Shown one piece after another: positions 32,401-42,985 of a stretch of 64,000 bases of DNA (position 1 is the stretch's first letter; every line of letters begins with the position of its first letter). The DNA comes from an uncultured delta proteobacterium. GTDB taxonomy: Bacteria > Desulfobacterota > Desulfobacteria > Desulfobacterales > Desulfosalsimonadaceae. The stretch lies in NCBI GenBank assembly GCA_963826785.1, contig CAWGYD010000001.1, positions 1 to 64,000 on the forward strand, given 5' to 3'. The position numbers and the translations under genes were made by a program. Under the pieces are notes generated by a model, which searched no databases, was not told where the DNA came from, and saw only the letters and a program-made list of their open reading frames with translations.

Positions 32401-33405
32401 TCAGATTTTCAGCGCCTGCCGGACTTCCACCATTGTCTGCTCGGCAATGGCGGCGGCTTTTTCGTTCCCGGAGGAAAAGATGTCGTCGACGATGCCGGGA
32501 TGCTCCGAATAATACCGGTTTTTTTCCCGGATCGGTGCCAGGGCGTCGATGAGAAATTTCGCCATTTCCTTCTTGCATTCCACGCACCCGATCTGGGCGG
32601 TGCGGCAGGCCTGATCCACCCGGGACACGGTTTCTGCAGGCGAGTAGAGCTTGTGAAATTCGTAGACATTGCACACATCGGGGTTGCCCGGGTCAGAGCG
32701 CCGCATCCGCTGGGGGTCGGTGATCATGGTGGCCACCTTTTTTTCGATCTCCCCGGGGGAATCGGTCAGGAAAATCGCGTTATCATAGCTTTTGCTCATC
32801 TTTCGGCGATCCGTCCCCAGGATTTTGGCGGTTTCCGTCAAAATGGTGGCCGGTTCCGGGAATACATTCCCATAGAGGTAATTAAAGCGCCGGGCGATTT
32901 CCCGGGTGATCTCGATGTGGGGGGCCTGGTCGATTCCCACCGGGACGCCTTCGGCCTTGTAGACGATGATGTCGGCCGCCTGCAGTACCGGGTAGCCCAG
33001 AAAACCGAAGGTGGACAGGTCCTTGTTTTTCAATTGTTCGATCTGGTCCTTGTAGGTGGGGTTGCGCTCCAGCCAGGGGACCGGGGTAATCATGGACAGC
33101 AGCAGGAACAGTTCCGCATGCGCCTTGATGTGGGATTGGACAAAAAGGGTGCATTTTTCGGGCGAAAGGCCGGCGCTGAGCCAGTCGATCATCATTTTCC
33201 GGGAAAACGCGGAGATGTTGCCCGGGTTTTCATAGTCGCTGGTCAGGGCATGCCAGTCCGCGATAAAGAAATAACAGTCATAATCGTCTGTCATGCTGAT
33301 CCAGTTTTTCAGCGCCCCGTGGTAATTGCCCAAATGAAGCGAACCCGTGGGCCGCATGCCGCTGACGATCCGTTTTTTTCCCGCCATTGAAAGCTCCTGA
33401 TTCAT
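32401..33405 (-). CDS. trpS: Tryptophan--tRNA ligase
   Basis: SGMRPTG.LHLGN, YPVLQAADI, KMSKS. Confidence 0.97.
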   Translation of the reverse strand: MNQELSMAGKKRIVSGMRPTGSLHLGNYHGALKNWISMTDDYDCYFFIADWHALTSDYENPGNISAFSRKMMIDWLSAGLSPEKCTLFVQSHIKAHAELFLLLSMITPVPWLERNPTYKDQIEQLKNKDLSTFGFLGYPVLQAADIIVYKAEGVPVGIDQAPHIEITREIARRFNYLYGNVFPEPATILTETAKILGTDRRKMSKSYDNAIFLTDSPGEIEKKVATMITDPQRMRRSDPGNPDVCNVYEFHKLYSPAETVSRVDQACRTAQIGCVECKKEMAKFLIDALAPIREKNRYYSEHPGIVDDIFSSGNEKAAAIAEQTMVEVRQALKI

Positions 33406-33525
33406 TAATGTATTTTAAATTTCTGGTTCAGTATCAAAGAAGTAAGAGTCAATTCAAGATTCAAAACGAAAGATTATGGCACGGAGGTAGGCGATAATCG
33501 AACTCCATCACTCCGCCCTCAAACC

Positions 33526-36221
33526 TCAAGCCTTCTTATGCATATGCCTGGCCGCCGCTTTTCTCAAGTATTCCATCTCCTCACGGGGATTTTTGGCCTC
33601 CCCGTTGACCTTGGCATCGAGCACCTCGGACAGGATCTTTCCATATACCGGTGAAGCGGGAATGCCCATCTCTTTTAAGTTCCTGCCGGAAACCGAAAGC
33701 CGAATCTTCCTGAGATCGGTGACGTAGTGGGAGATGGCCCGGATAATCTTCTGTTGGCCGGATATCGCCATCATGTAGAGGACCAGCTCGATTTTGAATT
33801 CTTTCAACTGATGGTAAAGCCCGCTTTTCTGCTCCGGCAGTTTCCGGTGGAGCCGATTCAGGCAGTCTTCCGCCGCGATCCGCTCCTGGATGCAAATCTT
33901 CCGATATTTCGGGGCCAGTTCAAACCGCAGGCAGATCTCCTCGGTTTTGTCCTGGATCGAATGATGCATCAGCACCAGGAAATAGACCAGCCATTTCATG
34001 CAGGTCTCTTCCGTAAATAACAGCTCATACCAGGAGAGCACTTTTCGGGTCGCATCGAAATGATCGATCAGTTTTGATGTCAGCGAGATGGAGGGATCGA
34101 TGACCTGCAGCAGATCGTATTCGTTTAACCGGATCAGCGCCGGGGTCGGATTTTCCTCCTTGAGAATCTGGCAGAGTTCCGAAAATACCCGGCGTCCGGA
34201 AAGCCGCTTGAAGAAATCCATTTTGACGGCGTTTTCAATCAGGCCCGAGGTGAGTTTGCCGATGGTAAACCCGAAGCGCTGTTCAAATTTGATGGCCCGA
34301 AACACCCGGGTGGGATCCTCCACGAAACTCAGGTTGTGCAGAATGCGGATGGCTTTTTCCTTGATATCCCGCTGACCGCCGAAAAAATCGATGAGTTGAC
34401 CAAATGAATTGGGATTGAGTGCAATGGCCAGGGTGTTGACGGTGAAATCCCGCCGGAACAGATCGAGCTTGATGGAACTCATTTCCACCGTGGGCAGGGC
34501 CGCGGGGAATTTGTAATATTCCATGCGGGCCGAGGCCACATCGATCTTGAAGTCGTCGGGGAATATGATCACCGCGGTGCCGAACTTGGCATAGGCATTG
34601 ATCCGGGCGCCGGAGCGGCGGGCAAATTCCCGGGCAAACGCGATGCCGTTTCCTTCGATGACGATGTCGATATCCTCATTTTCCCGGTATAGGAACATGT
34701 CCCTCACGAATCCGCCCACCACGTAGGCGGAAACCCCCATCTCCTCCGCCGCACTTCCGATTTCCTTCAAAATGGCGATGATCCGGTCCGGGAGCCGCTC
34801 GTTCATGAACCCCACCATGTTTTTGCGCCGGGGGCCGGTGCTTTCCTCCAGGGGATCCGGTGCCTGCAGCTGCCGGTTCTGGGATTCCTGAACCAGGGTG
34901 TTGAGCAGGTCGGTGCGGGTGATCACCCCGATGATGTGCCTGTTTTCCATCACCGGAAGCACCCGCTGCTTGTTTTCGATGATTTTTTCCTGGATTTCAC
35001 TGATGTTCGCCTCCGGCCCCACGGTGGCAAATTCCGAAGTCATGTATTCCCGGATGGGGATTTCGTCCAGGTCATGATAGAGGGCCTTTTCGATCACCGG
35101 CCGGGTGATGTACCCCAGGAGCCGGTCCTCGCCGTTTTCCTGGTCTGCCACCAGCAGGGCATTGACATTGTAGCGGGTCAGCAGCTGCCTTGCCGCGCCG
35201 CAGGAGACGCCCGGTTCGGCGGTAATGGGAGGGGAGGACATGATATCCCTGGCCCCTTGCCTGAATTTGACATGCTGGTGAAGGATCTCGATCAGCTGCT
35301 GTTCCGTCTGGGCCAGGGTTTTGTCCCTGATGGTGGCAGCCGCGGCATAACTGTGGCCGCCGCCGCCCATCTCCCGGATGATTTCTCCCACATCCACTTC
35401 GAGAATCCGGCTGCGGGCGGTGATATAAATTTTATTCTTCATCAGGGCAATGGCGAAAATGGCGTTGAAATTTTCGATTTTCACCATTTTTTGCACCAGA
35501 AAGGCGAAATCATGAATGTATTCATCGCAGGTGACGCTGGTAACAGCGATATCCACCCCGTTGATCAGGTATTGTTTCACCGAATCGATCATATCGGTCA
35601 GCAGCCGTATCTGCCGGGGATCCATTTCCTTGGAGATAAAATTGGCAACGGTGGCCAGGCTGGCCCCCCTGGACAAGAGGAATCCGGCGGCGACGAAGTC
35701 GTTTTCGGTGGTGGAGGAGAACATGAATGCCCCGGTGTCTTCGTAGATTCCCAGGCACATGATGGTGGCTTCTTCAGGCGAAATATCGATTCCTTGGTCC
35801 CGGATCATTTCCGTCAGCAGGGTGACATTTGCGCCCGTGGGGCGGTTGGCCTCGAAATCCGGTTTGATATCGGTTCCCAGCGGCGGATGATGATCATAGA
35901 TGTGGATTTCAATATCCCGGCGGCCCACCAGATCCCCCAGTTCGCCGATCCGGTTTTTTTGCTTGGTGTCGACAATGACCAGCCGCCCGATGCGGCTTTT
36001 GTCGATTTTCTTGATATCCACCATGTTGAACAGATAAGCCATTGAATTGATGAAAAAGTTCTTGGCGCTTTTTTCGTGAAACCCGGAAAGACGACGATGG
36101 AGTCCGGGTACAGTTTGTGGGCGGCAAGCAGCGAACCCACCGCATCGAAATCGGCGTTCACGTGTGTGGTGATGACCGTAAGGGGCCTGGCCGGATTCTG
36201 TCTTTTTGGGGGTGTGTTCAA
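33526..36221 (-). CDS. DHH-CBS-nucleotidyltransferase (probable A-adding tRNA nucleotidyltransferase); 1-nt deletion at ~36080
   Basis: ITTHVNADFDA in ORF 35814-36290 joins ORF 33526-36042 (YDHH, GGGH, CBS pair, VGGFVRD..DIDIV, DLFRRDFTVN, EDPTR). Confidence 0.85.
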
Positions 36222-36567
36222 GTTCTGTCCTTCAATTGCCGTGCAATTTAAAATTTGTAACTCATTAACAAAAAAATGAAAAATGGGCAATTAAGATAAA
36301 CGGAAGTTTGGTTTTTCTTCATCCGGACCGCCCCCGATGCCGATTTGTGGATACGGCGGCCGTTCAGGCGCGGGTTTTTAGCCTGTGATATAAATAAAAT
36401 GCATGGGATTATTGTCTTGACGCGGTCTGATGAGGTGATAATATAACTCAGCGCCAACAGCGGCCGACCATCGAAAAAAATGCAGTCTCCCGTATTGCCA
36501 TATTGTGATTTCATCATGCCGAATCCAATCATACTGCTTGTGCTGAACAACAGCAAAGGAGGTTTTT

Positions 36568-37779
36568 ATGCCGGTGTACCAGTGGGAAGGAAAAGGCCGG
36601 AAAAATCAGGTCCGTAAAGGGGAAATGGAGGCTGCCACCGAAGATGCGGTGCGAGCCAATTTATTGCGCCAGGGGGTTACCCCGGACAAAATCAAGAAAA
36701 AGCCCAAGGACCTGTTTGAAAATGTGACCTTCCTTCAGCCGGGGATCAAAGAAAAGGACATCGTGGTCTTTGCCCGGCAGTTTTCCACCATGATCGATGC
36801 GGGACTTCCCATTATTCAGTGCCTGGATATTCTGCAATCCCAGCAGGAAAATCCCACCTTCAAGAAAATGCTCAGGGAAATCAAGGAATCTGTGGAAAGC
36901 GGCCAGACCCTTGCCGAAGCCATGAAGAAATACCCCAACCAGTTTGATTCCCTGTTCGTCAACATGATCGCAGCCGGCGAGGCCGGCGGTATTTTAGACG
37001 TGATTTTGCGTCGGCTGGCAGCCTATATGGAAAAGGCGATGAAATTAAAGGCCCAGGTCAAGGGGGCCATGACCTATCCCATTGTCACCCTGATCATCGC
37101 GGTCATCGTGGTCGCCGTTATCCTGGTTTTCGTCATCCCGGTGTTCGAGGAAATGTTTGCCGATTTCGGCAAGGCGCTTCCGGCGCCCACCCAGATCGTG
37201 GTTAACATGAGCCGGTTTGTCAAATCCAAAATTCTATATATTATCGGTGCATTGTTCATTATGAGCTTTGCCGTCCGCCGGTTCTACAAGACGGAAAAAG
37301 GGCGTGCGATCATCGATGACCTGGTGCTCAAGATCCCCATTATCGGAATACTGATCCGCAAAGTGGCGGTGGCCAAGTTCACCCGGACCATGGGGACCAT
37401 GCTCTCCAGCGGTGTGGCCATTCTCGAAGCTTTAGACATCGTGGCCCGGACCTCGGGGAACAAAACCATTGAAAAAGCCATTTACAAAGTCCGGACCGGC
37501 ATTGCCGAAGGGCAGACCATTGCAGACCCGCTGGCGGAAACCGGAGTGTTTCCGCCCATGGTCTGTCAGATGATTGCCGTCGGCGAATCCACCGGCGCCA
37601 TCGATGCCATGATGGAGAAAATCGCCGATTTTTATGAAGACGAGGTGGACCAGGCCGTGGATAACCTCACGGCGCTGATCGAGCCCTTCATGCTGGTATT
37701 TCTGGGAGTCACCATCGGTGGACTGGTCGTATCCATGTACCTCCCCGTGTTCAAGCTGGCCGGTGCGATTTCCGGATAA
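36568..37779 (+). CDS. pilC: Type IV pilus inner-membrane platform protein
   Basis: FARQFSTMIDAGLP, AGEAGG.L, AVGESTG, LIEP; two T2SSF repeats. Confidence 0.95.
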   Translation: MPVYQWEGKGRKNQVRKGEMEAATEDAVRANLLRQGVTPDKIKKKPKDLFENVTFLQPGIKEKDIVVFARQFSTMIDAGLPIIQCLDILQSQQENPTFKKMLREIKESVESGQTLAEAMKKYPNQFDSLFVNMIAAGEAGGILDVILRRLAAYMEKAMKLKAQVKGAMTYPIVTLIIAVIVVAVILVFVIPVFEEMFADFGKALPAPTQIVVNMSRFVKSKILYIIGALFIMSFAVRRFYKTEKGRAIIDDLVLKIPIIGILIRKVAVAKFTRTMGTMLSSGVAILEALDIVARTSGNKTIEKAIYKVRTGIAEGQTIADPLAETGVFPPMVCQMIAVGESTGAIDAMMEKIADFYEDEVDQAVDNLTALIEPFMLVFLGVTIGGLVVSMYLPVFKLAGAISG

Positions 37780-37784
37780 GCGGA

Positions 37785-39098
37785 TTGAAAATCGAGCGAA
37801 AAAACAAATTCGAACTGGACCTGTACAGCAAGCTGAAGTGGCTGACGTTTTTCCGGGCGCTGTTTGCCGCGGTGCTTCTGTGCTCAGCACTGGTGGTGGG
37901 GTTCCATCAGGATATCTCCATTCTGAGCGATCCCCTGATTCTTCTTTACGCTATTTCCTTTATCCTGCTGATCCTGTCGACCATCTACGGCGTTCGGCTG
38001 GCCCATACCCGCCACCTGGTCCGGATGGCCTATTTTCAACTCATCATCGACACGCTGCTGGTGAGCTGCATCATTTTTGTCACGGGCAGCTTTTCAAGCG
38101 TGTTTTCATTTCTATACCTGGTGGTGATCATTTATGCGAGCATGGTGATCTACCGCAGGGGCGGGATGATCATCGCGGTCCTGTGCGCCATTCAGTACGG
38201 TTTGATGATCGATCTGGAATACTTCGGCCTCATCCGGCCCCTGGGGTTTGCCTCCGATTACCTGATCCACAGCTATAAATGGGATTATGTCCTTTACAAG
38301 ATTGTGATCATCATGACAGCCTGTCTTGCCACGGCGTTTCTGAGCGGATTTCTGGCCGAACAGGAACGCCGGGCAAAACAGGAACTCTGGTCTATTGAAG
38401 AACAGATCAAGCGGGTGGAAAAGCTGGCGGCCATCGGCGAAATGGCCTCGGGCCTGGCGCATGAAATCAAGAATCCGCTGGCGTCTTTGTCCGGATCGAT
38501 CCAGATGCTCAGGGAAGATCTCCCCTATGAGCCCGATCGGGACCGGCTCATGGAAATCATCCTGCGGGAGACCAACCGGATCAGTTCGCTGCTGACCGAA
38601 TTTTTGATGTTTGCCAAGCCCAGGCCGGGTAAAAAGAAGCTCATCGACCTGCGTCAGGCCCTGGATGAAACCATCAAATATTTCGAGTCCGATAACCGTC
38701 GAAATCGCAAGATTAAGGTCGTAAAGGAATTGTCCGAGGACATCCGCGTGGAGATCGACCCGGACCATCTGCGCCAGATCGTCTGGAACCTGCTGCTCAA
38801 CGCGGAAGAGGCGATTGAAGACGAAGGGACCATCCGCATCCGGCTGTATGCCAATAAAAAGTACGCCTGCGTGGCCATCTCCGATGACGGCTGCGGCATG
38901 ACCGAAGAAACCATGGAGTCGATTTTCGATCCGTTTTTTACCCGCAAGGCCAAGGGAACCGGACTGGGGCTCTCCATTGTTCAGCGCATCATTACCTCAT
39001 ATAATGGATTGATTGAAGTCGAAAGCACCCAAGGCGCCGGCAGCACGTTTACCCTCCGATTTTTTCGCAGTCACCCGCCCCGTCAGACCGCTGCTTAA
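37785..39098 (+). CDS. pilS: Two-component sensor histidine kinase, PilS-like
   Basis: Multi-TM N-terminus, LAHEIKNPL, NLLLNA, D.G.GM, GTGLGL; directly downstream of pilC. Confidence 0.8.
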   Translation: MKIERKNKFELDLYSKLKWLTFFRALFAAVLLCSALVVGFHQDISILSDPLILLYAISFILLILSTIYGVRLAHTRHLVRMAYFQLIIDTLLVSCIIFVTGSFSSVFSFLYLVVIIYASMVIYRRGGMIIAVLCAIQYGLMIDLEYFGLIRPLGFASDYLIHSYKWDYVLYKIVIIMTACLATAFLSGFLAEQERRAKQELWSIEEQIKRVEKLAAIGEMASGLAHEIKNPLASLSGSIQMLREDLPYEPDRDRLMEIILRETNRISSLLTEFLMFAKPRPGKKKLIDLRQALDETIKYFESDNRRNRKIKVVKELSEDIRVEIDPDHLRQIVWNLLLNAEEAIEDEGTIRIRLYANKKYACVAISDDGCGMTEETMESIFDPFFTRKAKGTGLGLSIVQRIITSYNGLIEVESTQGAGSTFTLRFFRSHPPRQTAA

Positions 39099-39171
39099 TT
39101 TAAGAACCAAATTCCACGATGCTTCAAGACGTAAAAGCGACGTCAGGCTTAAACCTGGGTGCAATGTAAAT

Positions 39172-39314
39172 AGTGGCTGAACGAAAACCGTCTATTTGCT
39201 CAATATCTGCGTCAGGCTCAAATTTTAATCCTCAAAATACCTCGAGTATTCCTGCGGTTAAAATTTTCGCCTTCCTTGATCTTGAACAAATATCCTGGTT
39301 TTCGTCCGGCCACT
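39172..39314. mobile_element. MITE/REP-like palindromic element (143 bp)
   Basis: Terminal inverted repeats AGTGGCTGAACGAAAACC / GGTTTTCGTCCGGCCACT (16/18 match) plus nested internal inverted repeats; non-coding. Confidence 0.7.
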
Positions 39315-39513
39315 GACGGGTTCACCAGGCGTATGCGCCTTGGCCTTTCGGCCTTTTCAACCGTTTTCATTTTCAATGTTGATCTTGACAGGTTCGGGCA
39401 AATGGGATAACAAGGGCAGGATTAATATATATTCTCGGGACGTTATTATTTAAAAACCGGAAGGCCGGGTTCCCGGTCTGCTTTTCTCATAAATATACAG
39501 GCAGCGTCTAAAA

Positions 39514-41010
39514 ATGGAACAACCAAAAGATATCATTGAAAAACGAAAAGAAAAAATTGCCCAGTTGAAGGCATCGGGAATCAATCTGTATCCCAATGAC
39601 TTTCACGTCGAGCACACGATCAGTGAAATCCTCGAAGACGTAAAACGGCATCCACAGGCCGTGACCGATGAATCGGCGGGGATTACCCTGGCCGGCCGGA
39701 TGATGGCCATCAATCGCTTCGGGAAGTCGACGTTCATCCGTTTCCGGGATCGGACCGGCCAGATGCAGGCCTACATCCGGGCCGATAAGGTGGGGGAATC
39801 CGATTACAATCTTTTTAGAAAATTCGATATCGGCGATTTCGTAGGGCTTTCCGGATACCTGTTTCAGACCAAAACCGGTGAATGGACGCTTTTGGCCGAG
39901 CAGGTCCGTCTGCTGTCCAAGGCCGTCCGGCCGCTGCCGGAAAAATTCCATGGGCTCAAGGATCCGGAGAAGCGTTACCGACAGCGCTATCTGGACCTGA
40001 TCATGAATCCGGAAGTTCGCGAGGTTTTCATCAAGCGCAGCCGGCTGATCCAGCAGATCCGGCATTTTCTGCTGGAAAGAGGATACCTCGAAGTGGAAAC
40101 GCCCATGATGCAGACGCTTCCCGGGGGGGCGGACGCCCGGCCGTTCAAAACCTATCATAATGCCCTGGATATGGAGCTGTTTTTGCGGATCGCGCCGGAA
40201 TTATACCTGAAGCGGCTGGTGACCGGCGGTTTCGAGCGGGTTTTTGAAATCAACCGGAACTTCAGGAATGAAGGCATCTCCACCCAGCACAACCCGGAAT
40301 TTACCATGCTGGAGTTTTATCAGGCCTATGCCACCTATGAGGACCTGATGGATCTGACCGAAGAAATGTTTGCGGCCGCAGCCGTTGCAGTGGCCGGGTC
40401 GACGGAACTCGACTACCAGGGACATCGAATTTCATTTGCCGGACCCTGGCAGCGCTTTTCGCTTTTGGAATCGCTGGAAAAGATCGGGGGGGTTCCGTTG
40501 GAAATATTTGCCGATCGGGCACAGGCCGCGGCATATGCGGAATCAAAGGGGATCCGGTGGGGTCAGAAAGATGCGGAACGGATCGGCACGGGCAAGATCA
40601 TGACCAAGCTCTTCGACGCCCTGGTGGAACCCAAACTGATCCACCCGACGTTCATCACCGGTTATCCGGTCGAAGTCTCGCCCCTTTCCCGGCGCAGCAA
40701 AACCGCGCCGGATCTGACGGATCGTTTCGAACTGTTCATTGCCGGAAAAGAAATTGCAAACGGCTTTTCCGAACTCAATGATCCTGAAGACCAGCGGGAG
40801 CGATTTGTCGCGCAGATGGCAAAGAAAGAAGAGGATGACGGCATGCCCCGCATGATCGATGAGGATTACGTCAATGCACTGGAATTCGGAATGCCGCCCA
40901 CTGCAGGGGAAGGTATCGGGATTGACCGGCTGGCCATGATCCTGACGGATTGCCCTTCCATCAGAGATGTGATTCTGTTTCCCCACATGAAATTGACCGA
41001 AAGACCTTAA
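39514..41010 (+). CDS. lysS: Lysine--tRNA ligase class II
   Basis: RYRQRYLDL, LRIAPELYLKRL, FRNEG, PPTAGEGIGIDRL. Confidence 0.97.
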   Translation: MEQPKDIIEKRKEKIAQLKASGINLYPNDFHVEHTISEILEDVKRHPQAVTDESAGITLAGRMMAINRFGKSTFIRFRDRTGQMQAYIRADKVGESDYNLFRKFDIGDFVGLSGYLFQTKTGEWTLLAEQVRLLSKAVRPLPEKFHGLKDPEKRYRQRYLDLIMNPEVREVFIKRSRLIQQIRHFLLERGYLEVETPMMQTLPGGADARPFKTYHNALDMELFLRIAPELYLKRLVTGGFERVFEINRNFRNEGISTQHNPEFTMLEFYQAYATYEDLMDLTEEMFAAAAVAVAGSTELDYQGHRISFAGPWQRFSLLESLEKIGGVPLEIFADRAQAAAYAESKGIRWGQKDAERIGTGKIMTKLFDALVEPKLIHPTFITGYPVEVSPLSRRSKTAPDLTDRFELFIAGKEIANGFSELNDPEDQRERFVAQMAKKEEDDGMPRMIDEDYVNALEFGMPPTAGEGIGIDRLAMILTDCPSIRDVILFPHMKLTERP

Positions 41011-41043
41011 ACCCGTTGAACTTCAAGTTGAGACACTCAACAG

Positions 41044-42279
41044 ATGGCTTTTGAATATTATGTCGGCGGACGGTATCTCCGTTCCAGGCAGAAGCACGCC
41101 TTTATTTCATTTATCACCTTCCTGTCCATGGCTGGAATCATGGTGGGGGTCATGGCCCTGATCATCGTGATCGCCGTCATGTCCGGCGCGGAATCGTATT
41201 TCAAAACACAGATTCTGGGTGTGGAATCCCACATCATCGTCCGGCGCCACGGCGGAGCCATCCAGGATTATCCGGAACTGGTCGACCAGATCAAAGCCCT
41301 GCCGGATGTTACCTCCGTGGCCCCCTTTGTCTATACCCAGGTGATGCTCAGATCCTCTTCCGGTATTTCCGGGGCGGTCCTGCGGGGGATCGATCCTGTT
41401 GCTGCGCCGAACCAGATCAAGGGATATTCTGAATCCATGCTGGAGCAGAAACTGCGTCCCCAGAGCGTATCCGGCGGAGAAGTGACCGTGCCGGGGATCG
41501 TTCTGGGCAAGGAACTGGCCGCCTCTCTGGGCGCCGGCCAGGGGAGCATGATTTATCTGATTTCCCCCAAGGGAATGATGAGCCCGGTGGGGCATATGCC
41601 CACCATGAAGCGGTTTGAGGTGACCGGCTTTTTCGAATCCGGTTTTTACGAATATGATGCGTCACTGGCCTACATCAATCTTAAGACCGCTCAGCAGCTG
41701 CTGAAAATAGACGATGCCGTTACCGGCCTGGGCATCCGGGTGGACGACATTTACAAGGCAGGCGACATTTCCCGGAATATCAGCGAAAAGATCGGCTATC
41801 CGTATTGGACCATCGACTGGATGCAGATGAACCAGAGCTTTTTTTCCGCGCTCAAACTGGAGAAAAAGGCCATGTTCATCATCCTGACATTGATCATCCT
41901 GGTGGCTGCATTCAATATCGCCAGTACGCTGATCATGATGGTCATGGGAAAAACCCGTGATATCGCCATATTGAAAACCATGGGGGCCACCGACCGGAGC
42001 ATCTGGAAAATATTTGCTTACAAGGGAATGGTGATCGGAATGATCGGGACGGTCCTGGGAACGGTGCTGGGGGTCATCGTCTGCATTGTCCTGAAACATT
42101 ACCGCTTCATCGAGCTTCCCGGAGACGTTTATTATTTCAAGACGCTTCCGGTTCAGCTGGAGGGGATGGATGTCCTGACCATCGTGGCGGCCGCCCTGGT
42201 GATCTGCTTCCTGTCCACCCTGTACCCGGCCTACAAGGCGGCCCGCTACAATCCGGTGGAGGCGCTTCGATATGGATAA
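41044..42279 (+). CDS. lolE: Lipoprotein-releasing ABC permease LolC/E
   Basis: GVMALIIVIAVMSG, VAAFNI.STL, IAILKTMGA, P.EALRY. Confidence 0.92.
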   Translation: MAFEYYVGGRYLRSRQKHAFISFITFLSMAGIMVGVMALIIVIAVMSGAESYFKTQILGVESHIIVRRHGGAIQDYPELVDQIKALPDVTSVAPFVYTQVMLRSSSGISGAVLRGIDPVAAPNQIKGYSESMLEQKLRPQSVSGGEVTVPGIVLGKELAASLGAGQGSMIYLISPKGMMSPVGHMPTMKRFEVTGFFESGFYEYDASLAYINLKTAQQLLKIDDAVTGLGIRVDDIYKAGDISRNISEKIGYPYWTIDWMQMNQSFFSALKLEKKAMFIILTLIILVAAFNIASTLIMMVMGKTRDIAILKTMGATDRSIWKIFAYKGMVIGMIGTVLGTVLGVIVCIVLKHYRFIELPGDVYYFKTLPVQLEGMDVLTIVAAALVICFLSTLYPAYKAARYNPVEALRYG

Positions 42280-42982
42280 ATCAGCTGTTTTTCCGGGAGC
42301 GGATATGCCGCATCTGATTTCGCTTCGCGATATCGGCAAAGCCTATAAAAATAACGGCACGCAGATCGAAGTGCTCAATCATCTGTCCGTGGATATCCAG
42401 CGGGGGGAAACCATCGCCGTGGTAGGGGAATCCGGAATCGGGAAATCCACCTTTCTTCATATTCTGGGTACGTTGGATCCGCCGGACAGTGGGTCCTTTT
42501 ATTACCAGGGGGACGATATTTTTGCTTATGACCGCAACCGGCTGGCGGATTTCAGGAATAAGACCATCGGATTCGTCTTTCAGTTCCATTATCTGCTGGC
42601 GGAATTTTCCGCCCTGGAGAATGTGATGATGCCCGGCCTCATCCGCAGGATGAACCGGTCTCAGGTGGCACAGATGGCGGAATCGATGCTGGTCCGGGTC
42701 AATCTCAAGGATCGTCTCCGCCACCGGGTGTCCGACCTGTCCGGAGGCGAGCAGCAGCGGGTGGCGCTTGCCCGGGCCCTGGTTCTCAACCCGGAAATCC
42801 TGCTGGCCGACGAACCCACCGGGAACCTGGACAAGAAGAACAGCGCCCAGATCCATGAATTGATGATGGCGCTGAATCAGGAATATAAAATGACGATCGT
42901 GACCGTCACCCACAACATGAAGCTGGCGGATTACATGGACAAACGGATGACGCTCGTCGATGGGAAATTGGTAGAGATATAA
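42272..42982 (+). CDS. lolD: Lipoprotein-releasing ABC ATPase
   Basis: GESGIGKS, GFVFQFHYLL, LSGGEQQRV, ADEPTGNLD. Confidence 0.93.
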   Translation: MDKSAVFPGADMPHLISLRDIGKAYKNNGTQIEVLNHLSVDIQRGETIAVVGESGIGKSTFLHILGTLDPPDSGSFYYQGDDIFAYDRNRLADFRNKTIGFVFQFHYLLAEFSALENVMMPGLIRRMNRSQVAQMAESMLVRVNLKDRLRHRVSDLSGGEQQRVALARALVLNPEILLADEPTGNLDKKNSAQIHELMMALNQEYKMTIVTVTHNMKLADYMDKRMTLVDGKLVEI

Positions 42983-42985
42983 ATC

